Origin: Candidatus Omnitrophota bacterium
GTDB lineage: Bacteria > Omnitrophota > Gorgyraeia > Zapsychrales > Zapsychraceae
Length of the DNA stretch: 64,000 nt
Direction: 5' to 3'
Assembly: GCA_028280285.1 (NCBI GenBank)
Contig: JANQMA010000026.1
Span: forward strand, 822 to 64,821
Below the pieces are notes generated by a model. It did no database searches and was not told the origin of the DNA. It worked only from the letters and a program-made list of their open reading frames with translations. The position numbers and the translations under genes were made by a program. How positions within the stretch are numbered: the first letter of the stretch is position 1; the number at the start of each line of letters is the position of its first letter. Shown piece by piece: positions 1-11,100 of this stretch.

Positions 1-3000
1 CATTCACAATTATCAGGTGTTTCTGACTGATAGCCATCTAAAGGTTATGCTGGAAAAGGACCTTTTTGCCGCACGCCAGGAAATTGGCGCAGATGTAGCG
101 CACATGGAGGCGGCAGGCGAACTGGTCAGCTCGGAAGAAGTAGCTGCTGTGATCCGTGAAGTGCTTATTCCTGAGATTGAGTACGAGATCAATCATGGTA
201 AAAATTTCGCGACACTCCGTCAGATTTTTAACTCTGTTATTTTGGCCTCTTGGTATAAAGACAATCTAAAGGAGTCTTTACTCGGGAAGGTGTATGTTGA
301 TCAAAATAAGCTTGAAGGAATCAATGACAATGATACGGCCACCAATGAAGCGATCTACAATCAGTATTTAGAGGCATTTAAAGCCGGTGTCTATGACTAT
401 ATTAAGGAAGGGTACGATCCGAGCGCCCAGCAAATGACAGCCAAAAAATACTTCTCAGGCGGAATTGCAGATTTAGTTAGTTTAAAGCGTAAAGATAATG
501 GAGTATTAGGCAAAGATCTTACGGGCAGTGATAGTGCGACTTTAGCTAATCAATTGCGTATTCGAATAGCGAATTTTGAAGTAAACCTTCTTGAGTGGGT
601 TAAAGAACTTACTTCTGGTATTGAGGAAAGGGCAAAACAAAAACATGAAGCAGCTGTCCGTTATCGGGATTTTATTGATACAAAAGAACGGGTTAACATA
701 GAAAAAGGTTTATCAAATTTACCTGAAAAATATGAAAGAGCTGCCAGAGCTTTAATGGAATTACCAAAAGCATATTTTTCACAGAGACAGATTAGAAGTT
801 TACAAACAAGAATTATAAAGTCACCTAGGCGTCAGTTAGAGAGTACAAGTGAAAGCATTGCACAGAGTTTAGAGCTCAAATTAACTAAGTCTATGTCTGC
901 TAATACTGAATATAATTATAACAACATAATACGCTTTGTGTTCAAAGATGTGGTTAGTGGAGCAAAAGCTTTGCATATTATTAGTACTGATATGAGTGGG
1001 AATTATCATGAACAACCTTGGATTAGGCCAAGTAAGGATATTAAATTAGTTGTTGATCTTTTTCGGAGATTTGCTGAGTTACAACCGGATCCCACTACGT
1101 TTAAAAAAGCAGATAATCTTTTGGCGAATTATTTTAACGATGGTAGCGCCACGGCTTGGGCTGCGATAGGTCTTGGTAATACAGAAATTACAGATCCGGA
1201 TTTCTATAGGGAGTTAATGGCAGGAAATCTTAGGCGTGAACAAATTGCCCAAAAGATTTTATATTTTTCAGAGATTGTAGATGAATATGAATCTGTTAAG
1301 CTTGATCGCACGACAGCCGTAACCGAAGATAAACTTATTGGATTTAATGGATTGAGGCCAGCAAGTGTGCTTGATGTGCTTCGTGAGCTAGTTGATATCG
1401 AAAAAATAATAAAAACCAGCGATGCCGCCTCTATTGCAGACATTCCCGATGATGTCATATCTCCTAAAAGGAAACAAGAGCACATAAATAAGCTTAAAAA
1501 AGCTGGTACGCTCGCCAGCAGTGTAGAGAAGCAAAAACTGAGAACTGACACGATTAAGGCTATGCTACAGGATTTTTATGAGTATACTCAAAGGATTTTA
1601 CGTGAGAACGACAAAAAAAGAAGCAGCAATAGTTTGACAACGCTAGGTTATTTTATGCCTGATATAAAGAGCATGGAGTTTCAGTATAATCAAAGTGAGT
1701 ATGAATTAGTAGAACAAGACAACAGTTTAGTTGTTTATTCTCTTGGTGACGAGCGCTCGATTTTACCAAATCAAGATATTACGAGTAATTTGCTTGTAGA
1801 GATTTCTAAGGTATTGAAGCAACGGGCAGACCGCATGACTCAAAAGACAGAAGAGGCTGTTAAAAAATCTTCAGACGAAGAGTGGGAAGAAATTTATAAC
1901 CTTGTTGGTGATGAAAGTGATGCATGGTTAGATTTAGATTCCGCTGAAGGCCAGATGAAAGATGAGGCCTCACTAGACACGCTGCTGATTGATTATAAAG
2001 GTCATGATCCTGAGTTGCGCGATGTGACCAATGTGATTAATGCGTTGCCTAAAAAATATCGTGAGGCAATAGAAGAAGCAGATCGTCCTTCATCTGTTGC
2101 TGATATAATTACGAAAGCTGAATCAGAGGGTTTGGTTGAATTTGCAATAATTACCAAGAGCGATCAGGTACGGCCAGCCATAAGGCGTTTATTTTATGAT
2201 GAAGAGCTGCTGCCAGTTACATCTGCGAGCTTGGCAGTGAATTATACTGGAAAAACTCAAATCACTAAGCGAGTTACTGAAGTGCTTAACGCCGAGGCAA
2301 AAGATGATTCAGATTTTGATCAACAATTAAGGGGAGGACTATTAAAGAGAGAAGTCATTATTGAAAGGGTTATGAATTCTAAACATGCGCCGGATGATTT
2401 GCGCGCAGGAGATAGATATGTTCTTATCGGCGCTGCGATCGATGAGTTGGTCGAACGGGGAAATATGAAAACCAGCGACGCCGCCGCGCTTGGGCAGGAA
2501 ACCGTGGACGAATTTGATGCGGCGGACTTGGATATCGAAAAAGAGGATGATTGGGATGATATCATAAAAGCTGTTCGTCAATTAAAGCCAGGGAAGACAG
2601 AAGAAGGTTTACATGAGGCTATTATGGCGTATATGAAGAGACACCAAAAAATGTTTAAGGTTGATCAGGGAGCATATGAGATGTATGTTCTTCCGCAAAT
2701 GAGTAGGATCTTTGCTGAATTTTATGAAATGGGGGGGATACCCCTGTACATGCTAAAAGGCCTTAAAGATCATCTTGATGAAATTTCAAAGGCACCGACA
2801 AGAGATGAACAGGTTTTTTTCCTAGCTACAGTAACTCTAAATATTTTGGGTCTACATGAATATGATGCGAAGAAGATTTTTTCTGATTCTTCTTTGCCGA
2901 TGCAGGACTCCGGTATTAGCAAAGAAGATAGAATTAATACAATTACCAAAAACTATGACGCACTGAAAGAAAAGGCCCAATTTTTAAGTGTAATTGAATC

Positions 3001-6000
3001 AAGACTTAAAGCTAAAAATAATCAAGGAGATGCGGATGCAGATAAGCTGCTACTTAGGCATCGTTTGTTGACCGATATAATACGGTCTAGTTTAGTTAGG
3101 TTCAGTGTATCTTTAGATCGTATGATTTCTGAGATGCGATTATCACTTGAAGTAGATGAAGAATCGGTTCAGGAAGTGGATCTGCATTATGTGGACTACA
3201 CTCTTCGGGCGATACATTTGACTTTAGACTTTTTAATAACAGATGTAGACAAAGCCGCGCTTGAGCAGACTGATGCGGCGATATTATTAAGTCCTGAGGA
3301 GGAAGAAAGAGCGCTATTATTAACAGCAGCTGAAGATCGAATTAATACGCTTTTGGATGAGCAGTACAAATCAGGAAGTGTAACAAAAGAAATTTATGAA
3401 AAATCAAGGAAAAGCGCCTTTAAAAATTTTAAAGAATGGACAGAAAGCGAAGAGCTGTACCGCTTAGCACCGGGGATTCGCATGGCCAATTTGCAGGCTG
3501 TCCGTGATGGACGTTTTAATGATATCGTGGAGGCTTATCGTCAAGAAATCGCCTTTGGAACAGCAGGTATTCGCGGGAAAGCGGCACTAACTCTGGATGA
3601 ACTTTTTAAAATGAAAGAGGATGGTCCAGCGGCAGCAATTCTTAAGGGAATTAACACAATTAATGATGTCGTTCTTCTACATAAAACAGCCGGTGTTATC
3701 AAATATGCACAGGAGACAGGGCGCACACGTATTGTGCTTGGGTATGATAGCCGCATCGGCGGATCAGAATTTATTGATATGATTGCGCGTTTATTCATTA
3801 AAGCGTCCAAGCCCGAACATGAATTTAAACTTTTTATTTTTGACGAATCGGCGCCTTTTCCAGAGCTGTCTTTTGGTATTACAACAAAAGAAGTTCAAGG
3901 GCATATCGGTATTTTTATATCGGCAAGCCATAACCCTGCGGATTATAACGGATACAAAATTACACTGGAAACAGGAGCCCAATTGAACCAAGAAAATAAA
4001 AATCTTGTATTGGATGCGGTAAATAGAACAACATTTGCAGATATTGTGTTAGCAGATTCACTTGCGGATGCTAAACCTGGACAAATTGTATGGTTAGGTG
4101 GGAAAGAAAGGCTAGAAGATAAGCAGTATTATGGATTTGATTTGATCGATATGCATACATTACATGTTGAACAGGTAAAAAAGTTGATTCTTGATAAAGA
4201 AGCGATCACGCGTGAAGGGCGTAATGTTAATATCGGATTTGCTGCATTTAATGGGGCCGGGCGCAAAGCAGTACCACGTTTGTTGGATGAAACAGATTTT
4301 GATAATGTAAAGGTTGTGTCAAAACTCCAAGAGTTAGACGGGCTTTTTCCTGCCTTTAAATATGGAGAACAACCCGATCCAGGTGACCCAATTGCAGGGG
4401 AAATTGCCGTCAATGAGTTCATTAAGGAGCATGGGCAAGAAGCGTTTGATGAACTAGATCTTCTGGTGGGAACTGATCCTGATTCTGATCGTATGGGCGC
4501 GGTACTGAAAGTCCCTGAAAGCCAACAAGCACAATTTGGAAAATATAGATTAATATCAGCCAATGATGCCTGGACACTCCTTACATGGTACAGACTTATG
4601 AAAAAGAAGGAGATGGGTTTATTAGAAAATCCCGAAAACCATCTTGTTGTAACAACACATGCAACGAGTGATGCGATTGCTGAAGTTGCTGAACAGGAAT
4701 TTGGTGTTGGTTCATATGGAAGAATGTTAGATATGAATAAAAAAGAAGATCGTGGAGATTATTTAAATGGTCAGCGCACATGGGTTGGCTTTACATATGT
4801 CTCAGAGGCTTTTGAGGAAATTTTAAAGATGGGGAAAGTTGCCGAAGGCGGTTATGAAGAATCTAATGGAATGAGTTTGCACGGACACACAAATGATAAA
4901 GATGGAACTTTGGCGGCCATTTTATTTGCGGAAATGGCGGCTTATGCGAAATCAGAAGGAACAACGCTATTTGAAATGCTCGATGAAATTTATTTAAAAA
5001 TAGGGCATTTTGGAACGGCTAACAAACCGTTACCAAGGGTTGGTTCGTTTGAAGGGGCAGCAGGCGTTTCAGAGAAAATTAATATATTAAAGAAAGCACA
5101 AGAGTGGGCGGCTGAAGCAAATAGTCGTGCCGGAACAGATAATCCTTTTATGATTGCCGGCCGTGAGGTTATCGGAGCCGTTGAGTTTAAATCGGGGCGC
5201 ATTGATCATAATCACTATGAAGGCGTACCTGATGAAGGAATTAGATTTTTCTTTAAAGATGAAAACATGAAAGAGGGGGATCATTTTATAAAGAGTAAAA
5301 ATTATGTAATGATTCGCCCTTCCGGTACATCTCAGACATTACGATTCTATACACAACTTCTTAAAAAAGTTGATCGTGAAAATATTGCTCAGCAAAAGCT
5401 GGAAAATTATATAGCGACAGAGCAATTAGCGCTTATGACGCAAAGGCAAATCTTGGGAGATGTTGGTTTGACTAAATATTTTGCAATGGTGGATGCACAA
5501 CTAGCGGAAGTAAGTCTTTCTAATGATAACGCAGCAATTGAAGAGGAAAAAGAAGATGCAGCAAGCTTGGCCGCTGAAGTTGCCTTGAAGCAGCTGGAAC
5601 GGGCCATTGGGGATGATTTTTCCTTTTTTATGAATTATACAGCAAAATTAGAGTATCAAGGTAATGTTAGAAATATTTATTATAACGATAATAGGCCTTT
5701 AGAATTAGAAATGTTAGAAAAAGTTATGCGTCATTATCAGAAATTGTTAATTGACCATGGGTTTTTCGATTTGGAGGTCAAGCGTCTGCGCATTCAAGGA
5801 TTACCGATTGACAATGAAGTCCTTAAGGTAACCCGTCAATCAGAATTTGAGTATGCTATAAATTTAGGCGATAGCAAGCCGGTTAGCATGAGTATTGATG
5901 ATATTCGTTCATTTATTAGACAAGCCCGGGCTAAGCTTCTTAAGAATGGAGATATAAGAAACGGTATTTTAACGCAACTGGCAAAACAATTAAGTAAAAA

Positions 6001-8059
6001 GGGTATTGCGCGTCTAGAGATTCAGCCATTCCTACCGTGGACTTCGGGATGGGTTTTTGAGTCTCATCCTGAGGGTAAGTTTGAGTTGTTGAGAAAGGGC
6101 AAGCCCGTTGAGGTGACGGAAGGGCTGTTGACTCGAATTGCAAACAAAGCTATAGAAGAACTAAACCGTAAAAAAGCTGAGAAGGATTTTAAAAACAAAG
6201 GATTTAAAAAATTACTCGAAGACGCCGCGGCATTTACAAAAGAAGATTTAGCAAGTATCGCCCGTATTTCAACAGAAATTATCTCAGAAGAAAAAATGAA
6301 AACAATTATAGCGAAACTAAAGGCAATTCGTGAATCATCAAGTACACCTTCAGAGCTAAAAGAATCACGTGAAAGTGCTGTGCAAGGAATGCTAAATGAC
6401 TTTCAAGAGTATGCTACGCAGGTTTTAGGCGAAATTAATACCCTAAGAGCGAAAGCAAATCAAGATCCTATTGAGGAATTTATTGGTAAATATGATACAT
6501 TCAATCATGATGGAAAAGATTATCATATTACTATGAACGAATCGCTCACAATTTTTGCTCAACATTGGAATGGTCCATTTCCTCTGGAAAGAGTTACTGG
6601 GGCTTTGTTAAGGGCAATATCAGTTAAACTTACTACTCAGAAAGACAATTTACAGGAGGATGTTAAGGCGTTAAATGCAGAAGCATTGGAAGCTGAGCAA
6701 AGTAAAATTGATGAGTTTCTTGATGATGCGGCATTAACAGTAGTTGAAGCAACGCCTGCCGACGCCGCGGCATTGAATATGGTAGAGAAATTGGCTAAAG
6801 GGCTTAACGGTCAAACAATAGGTCTGTTGACTCTGGATTATGATTCTGATGAGAGTAAAAGATCGGATACTAAAGGACTCGCTGTCTTTGAATTGAATAT
6901 GAAACAAGCAACTTCTATTAATGCATTTATGGAACTTCATGTTGGCGTTGAACGGATCAAAAAAGCCAAAGGTGAGAAGAAAGATACGATGCGTGTGTAT
7001 GTGAATTTGTCAGGACAGATTAAAGAGCAGACTGCTGATGGGATAGAGAGATTTGATGTGTTAGAAATTATTCAGGAAAGAGGTGAAGATCGAAAGATTG
7101 TGGAGGAGTTTGCTCATCAATTAATGGACAGACTTCCTTCCATTGTTGAGTTTGGGAATAGGGTTTTGCAGATTGATTTTGAAAAAAATATTGTTGATAC
7201 GGTAGGTGAGACAGAGCTTAAAGAGTACTTTGCAGAGCGTAAGGCTAAAGTAAAGGTTACACAATATGCCGGTGGACCTGTTATGAGTGTAATATTTGGT
7301 CCTGCCGCACTTGAGCAGGAAGGGCAAGACGGGTCCAATGATTATCTATTGTTTTCTGTATTAGCGAACTCAAAAGTTTTAACAAAAGATGATAAAAACG
7401 CACTTAATTTTACATATACCCGGGTTGATGACTACGTTGATTCAGTAAAGAGAACGCAAGATTTATATTGGGATGTTGTTGAAAAAATAGGTGATCGGTT
7501 AAAAGAAAAAGGGATTCTCAACGCGGAAATGACTTCACTTAAAATGAGGGCACCTGTCCTTGGAAAGTTTAGGGGAAAGACAATTATTTTTAAAGAAAAT
7601 CCGAATAGATTTAACGTTAACCAATATACGGCGCCGTCAACGAAATATGCTTTATTTAGATATGAAGGTGTGAAGGAAGTGATAATGAAGCCTGATGAGA
7701 TTACAGAATCTATGCTTCGTAAGGTAATTAAAGCGGCAAATAAAGCATTGGAAGATCACGCGGCACTTGACCCGCTTGGGGGTATTGATCTTAATCCTGA
7801 CCTTTTGGATCTGCAAATTAAGCGCGACGGCCGCGGTATTCCACTGCCACTTGATCAACAACCGCTTGAAAATATGCAAATTGACGGTTTTCTACCTATT
7901 ATTATTAATATTAATCCAGTTGCCAATTTGCCGCTTCTTTTGGGGCTTCTAGATGAGGATGGAGAGACCAATGAGGCTGAGGCGGATGCCTCTCAATCAG
8001 CGCAACTATATGGAAGAGAAGAACTTAGCTATTTAAGAGAAGGTGACAGCGAATTCTAA
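1..8059 (+). CDS. Giant secreted multidomain protein, paralog 1 of 3. It is 5'-truncated by the window (ORF track 17..8059, at least 2680 aa). It carries a conserved N-terminal domain shared with the next two ORFs, an internal phosphohexomutase domain and a conserved C-terminal module.
   Basis: Uninterrupted ORF from the window edge. Its first ~150 aa align with aa ~205-355 of the ORFs at 8193 and 14001 (for example FLTDSHLKVMLEKD and HGKNF..LRQIFNSVILASWYK). The C-terminal block GGIDLNPDLLDLQIKRDGRGIPLP...NPVANLPLLLGLL is shared with both paralogs. Confidence 0.85.
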   Translation, partial: IHNYQVFLTDSHLKVMLEKDLFAARQEIGADVAHMEAAGELVSSEEVAAVIREVLIPEIEYEINHGKNFATLRQIFNSVILASWYKDNLKESLLGKVYVDQNKLEGINDNDTATNEAIYNQYLEAFKAGVYDYIKEGYDPSAQQMTAKKYFSGGIADLVSLKRKDNGVLGKDLTGSDSATLANQLRIRIANFEVNLLEWVKELTSGIEERAKQKHEAAVRYRDFIDTKERVNIEKGLSNLPEKYERAARALMELPKAYFSQRQIRSLQTRIIKSPRRQLESTSESIAQSLELKLTKSMSANTEYNYNNIIRFVFKDVVSGAKALHIISTDMSGNYHEQPWIRPSKDIKLVVDLFRRFAELQPDPTTFKKADNLLANYFNDGSATAWAAIGLGNTEITDPDFYRELMAGNLRREQIAQKILYFSEIVDEYESVKLDRTTAVTEDKLIGFNGLRPASVLDVLRELVDIEKIIKTSDAASIADIPDDVISPKRKQEHINKLKKAGTLASSVEKQKLRTDTIKAMLQDFYEYTQRILRENDKKRSSNSLTTLGYFMPDIKSMEFQYNQSEYELVEQDNSLVVYSLGDERSILPNQDITSNLLVEISKVLKQRADRMTQKTEEAVKKSSDEEWEEIYNLVGDESDAWLDLDSAEGQMKDEASLDTLLIDYKGHDPELRDVTNVINALPKKYREAIEEADRPSSVADIITKAESEGLVEFAIITKSDQVRPAIRRLFYDEELLPVTSASLAVNYTGKTQITKRVTEVLNAEAKDDSDFDQQLRGGLLKREVIIERVMNSKHAPDDLRAGDRYVLIGAAIDELVERGNMKTSDAAALGQETVDEFDAADLDIEKEDDWDDIIKAVRQLKPGKTEEGLHEAIMAYMKRHQKMFKVDQGAYEMYVLPQMSRIFAEFYEMGGIPLYMLKGLKDHLDEISKAPTRDEQVFFLATVTLNILGLHEYDAKKIFSDSSLPMQDSGISKEDRINTITKNYDALKEKAQFLSVIESRLKAKNNQGDADADKLLLRHRLLTDIIRSSLVRFSVSLDRMISEMRLSLEVDEESVQEVDLHYVDYTLRAIHLTLDFLITDVDKAALEQTDAAILLSPEEEERALLLTAAEDRINTLLDEQYKSGSVTKEIYEKSRKSAFKNFKEWTESEELYRLAPGIRMANLQAVRDGRFNDIVEAYRQEIAFGTAGIRGKAALTLDELFKMKEDGPAAAILKGINTINDVVLLHKTAGVIKYAQETGRTRIVLGYDSRIGGSEFIDMIARLFIKASKPEHEFKLFIFDESAPFPELSFGITTKEVQGHIGIFISASHNPADYNGYKITLETGAQLNQENKNLVLDAVNRTTFADIVLADSLADAKPGQIVWLGGKERLEDKQYYGFDLIDMHTLHVEQVKKLILDKEAITREGRNVNIGFAAFNGAGRKAVPRLLDETDFDNVKVVSKLQELDGLFPAFKYGEQPDPGDPIAGEIAVNEFIKEHGQEAFDELDLLVGTDPDSDRMGAVLKVPESQQAQFGKYRLISANDAWTLLTWYRLMKKKEMGLLENPENHLVVTTHATSDAIAEVAEQEFGVGSYGRMLDMNKKEDRGDYLNGQRTWVGFTYVSEAFEEILKMGKVAEGGYEESNGMSLHGHTNDKDGTLAAILFAEMAAYAKSEGTTLFEMLDEIYLKIGHFGTANKPLPRVGSFEGAAGVSEKINILKKAQEWAAEANSRAGTDNPFMIAGREVIGAVEFKSGRIDHNHYEGVPDEGIRFFFKDENMKEGDHFIKSKNYVMIRPSGTSQTLRFYTQLLKKVDRENIAQQKLENYIATEQLALMTQRQILGDVGLTKYFAMVDAQLAEVSLSNDNAAIEEEKEDAASLAAEVALKQLERAIGDDFSFFMNYTAKLEYQGNVRNIYYNDNRPLELEMLEKVMRHYQKLLIDHGFFDLEVKRLRIQGLPIDNEVLKVTRQSEFEYAINLGDSKPVSMSIDDIRSFIRQARAKLLKNGDIRNGILTQLAKQLSKKGIARLEIQPFLPWTSGWVFESHPEGKFELLRKGKPVEVTEGLLTRIANKAIEELNRKKAEKDFKNKGFKKLLEDAAAFTKEDLASIARISTEIISEEKMKTIIAKLKAIRESSSTPSELKESRESAVQGMLNDFQEYATQVLGEINTLRAKANQDPIEEFIGKYDTFNHDGKDYHITMNESLTIFAQHWNGPFPLERVTGALLRAISVKLTTQKDNLQEDVKALNAEALEAEQSKIDEFLDDAALTVVEATPADAAALNMVEKLAKGLNGQTIGLLTLDYDSDESKRSDTKGLAVFELNMKQATSINAFMELHVGVERIKKAKGEKKDTMRVYVNLSGQIKEQTADGIERFDVLEIIQERGEDRKIVEEFAHQLMDRLPSIVEFGNRVLQIDFEKNIVDTVGETELKEYFAERKAKVKVTQYAGGPVMSVIFGPAALEQEGQDGSNDYLLFSVLANSKVLTKDDKNALNFTYTRVDDYVDSVKRTQDLYWDVVEKIGDRLKEKGILNAEMTSLKMRAPVLGKFRGKTIIFKENPNRFNVNQYTAPSTKYALFRYEGVKEVIMKPDEITESMLRKVIKAANKALEDHAALDPLGGIDLNPDLLDLQIKRDGRGIPLPLDQQPLENMQIDGFLPIIININPVANLPLLLGLLDEDGETNEAEADASQSAQLYGREELSYLREGDSEF
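3480..5400 (+). other. Alpha-D-phosphohexomutase (phosphoglucomutase/phosphomannomutase) domain embedded inside giant protein 1
   Basis: All four signature loops are present in the canonical order. The catalytic phosphoserine loop is SASHNP (~nt 3924-3940). The metal loop GTDPDSDR corresponds to the DGDGDR type. The sugar loop NGMSLHGH corresponds to the GEMSGH type. The phosphate-binding loop is RPSGTSQ (~nt 5312-5335). There is also an N-terminal GTAGIRGK motif (~nt 3551-3580). Confidence 0.75.
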
Positions 8060-8192
8060 CAAGGCCACACACTATCCCCCAAACCGTTTCAATCTTGAAT
8101 TGGCTTAACAGCATGCTATACTTATAACTATAATATTAGAAATTAAGGCATTTAGGTGCTGTTTGTATACTTTTACCAGGGAAGGGGTAAAT

Positions 8193-11100
8193 ATGTCTAT
8201 TAGTTTTAAATCATCCAGTAAATCTCCATTGACTCAGATTACATCCCTATTTGTCGCGTTTATATTTTGTTTTACTTCCGTTATTGCTCCCGGCTCGGCC
8301 CGGGCACAATTTATCCCGACACCGGCTGTCATGCCGGCAGTCGGCAGTATGGTGCAGATTTCCAATGCCTTTGATCCGCTTATTATCAAGGGTCTTACCA
8401 TTCATCCGGAGAATCCTCTGGAGTTTTCATTTTTAGTCGATTTAGGCGATACCAATTATAGCGAAACAAAGATCAAAGATGAGTCGCAGCGGCTGATTAC
8501 CTATTTTATGGCCGGTTTAACGGTCCCTGAAAGCGAGCTGTGGGTCAACCTTTCCCCTTATGAGAATAACCGTATTATTCCCGACAGCCTTGGCCAGACA
8601 GCCATGGGGCGTGATCTTCTCGCGCAAGACTATCTGCTTAAGCAGTTAACCGCGTCTTTAATGTATCCGGAAGATGAACTGGGCGATAAATTCTGGACAC
8701 AGATTAAACAGCGTGTGGAAGCTTTATATGGTCCGGGCGTTGATATCCCGACCAATGTGTTTAACAAGGTCTGGATTATGCCGGAAAGTGCGGAAATCTA
8801 TATTCATAACACCAGTGTTTTTCTTTTGGGTAGCCGTCTTCAGGTTATGCTGGAAGAAGATTATGTGGCGGCGCGCAAGGCCATTGGCGCGGATGTTGCG
8901 CATATGGAGACTGCCGGAGAGTTATTGGGCCATCAAGAGGTAGCGGAGGTTGTCCGTGAAGTGATCCTGCCGGCTATTGAAGAAGAAGTCAACTTTGGCG
9001 AAAACTTTTCTACCCTGCGGCAAATCTTTAATTCGATTATCCTTGCCTCCTGGTACAAAGACAATCTGAAAGAAACGATTTTAGGCCAGATTTATGCCGA
9101 TCAAAACAAGCTTAAAGGGATTGATGAAAACGACAAGCAAACAAATCAGCAGATTTATCAAAAGTATTTAGAGGCCTTTGAAGAGGGTGTTTATAACTAT
9201 ATTAGAGAAGAGTACGATCCGGCTAAGCAGCAGATTATTCCACGCAAATACTTCTCCGGCGGATGGCTTCATGATCAGGCAGCGCTACTCACTCATGAAA
9301 ATACAGTAGTGGAAGGCCAGTACGGCCAACCCCTTGATGCAGCCGTGCTTCAGAATTTTGGCAAGGCTATGACTCCTGAAGTTGTGAGGAAAATGAAACG
9401 AGTTAGGGCTCAATTGGCTCAAGAAAGTGCGAAAACGCATACAGTTGAGTCAATTGCTTACCAACCGCTTTTGTCTAATATTCCAAAGACAATAATTAAT
9501 AATGTGGAGGCTAGCCAACTAACCGATTTATTACAAGAAGATCAAATTAATCTCATCGCCAGAAAAACGCTGCTTGAGCTTATTAATCAGAGGGGTGTTT
9601 TGGATTATGGGATTGATGTTAATGTGCAAGCGGGTGAAGCGATCGATTTTATTTTTAACACAGACATGGATGACCGGATTATGCGTGCCGTGCGCACAGA
9701 ATTGCAATCGGAAGAAGAGTTGAGCACGCAACGCATGCTTGATTTGTTAGATGCATTTAGTGTAGAAGTTACGATTGTTGAAGGTGGTGCTTCTCGTTCT
9801 GAGGAAATGAGTTTGCGTGATTATATTCAAGGTAATCTCCAACATGCCGTTTATTTGGCCCATGCTGTCGGTAATGCGGATGAAAGAGGTGATGAGTCGA
9901 CGCGTGTAAGAAAGCGAAGAGGAATAAGAGAACAATTAGAACGTAGCTTTCCCGGTGTTAGCTCGGTAACTCTTAGAACTATTGCGCGTGATTTGGTTAA
10001 ATTACAAAGGAACAGATTAAATGATGATCATATGTCATTAATCGTACAAGCTGTTTCTGATAAGGTCCAGGCTAAGGTTAGTTTTGATCAGGTATACACA
10101 ACAGATGAATTTTCTTTCCGTGTTAGAAAGCAAGGGCAACTGGAAATCGCCGCGGCACGGGGAAACATTTTTAGTGATGTATCGTGGGGTAGCTTAACAG
10201 TCAATCAGCTAGGCCTTATAGCCCAGGCGGTTGACAATGCTTCGATACAAGATCCCGTCGAACCCGGTACGATTCAACAGCAATCAATGGTGAAAGAATC
10301 CGCTGATTTTAACCGGATTACTTCATATGCGGGGCAATCTTTCCAAAGAGATAATTTGTCTCAATTGATGCGTGAAGCAAGCTTTGTATCAGAGAGCCGT
10401 GAAAATTTTGTTGAGTTAAGAGATCAATTCGAACGCATACGAACGGCGTCAGATCCGCAGGGTAGCATTGTTGGTATTAAGGTTATTGAAAATACTCAGC
10501 CTCTTCAATATGGAGGGGGTTTTGAGCTTGACGGCATAGTATATGTTGAACAAAGCTTATTAGATCATATCGAAAAGAATAATAACCCTTTTAATATGCG
10601 TGAACGTATGTTGCGCAATTTCTTTCGTAAAGGAACTGCCCTTGAGAGAAAAATTGCGGAATATGATGAATTGGTTCAAAAATACGGAGAATCCAGGTTA
10701 AACTTATTTCCGGAAGGCCGTGTCCTACAAAGCTATCGCGATACGCTTTATGGGCAATTACCGGCAGATAAAAATAATACAGAAAGGCTTAATATTATAC
10801 TTGAAAAACACGGATTCAATAATGTTAAAATTACTGAGCCTGATGAAAAAGCGATTGAATTAACTAATATATTAAAGGAACACATTGATATTGCTTTATA
10901 CACAATGGCGATCAATTCGGCGAATAAATTTATTGATTTAAATAAAAATATCCGTATGCATACGGATGATCCTTTATTGGATTCAAATGAGGAGTATGTA
11001 GCTAATTTTTTTGCTTTCGCCGCTTATCCAGCGACTGTTGCGCACTTTATTACTGTTGCCTTAAAAGGAGGCGCGCTGTCCTATTCGGATGATAATATTT

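Noticed and set aside
1204-7952. Numerous 60-145-aa ORFs on the minus strand and in alternate frames inside giant gene 1 (for example 1204..1551-, 4129..4563-, 7652..7879-)
   Set aside because: They lie entirely within a long coding ORF with strong homology to the paralogs. They have low-complexity Ser/Leu-rich translations typical of antisense shadows, and no RBS.
8060-8192. Promoter TTGAAT-N16-TATACT between giant genes 1 and 2
   Set aside because: It is plausible, but the match is weak and unsupported. Genes 1 and 2 may simply be co-transcribed. It is not reported as a feature.
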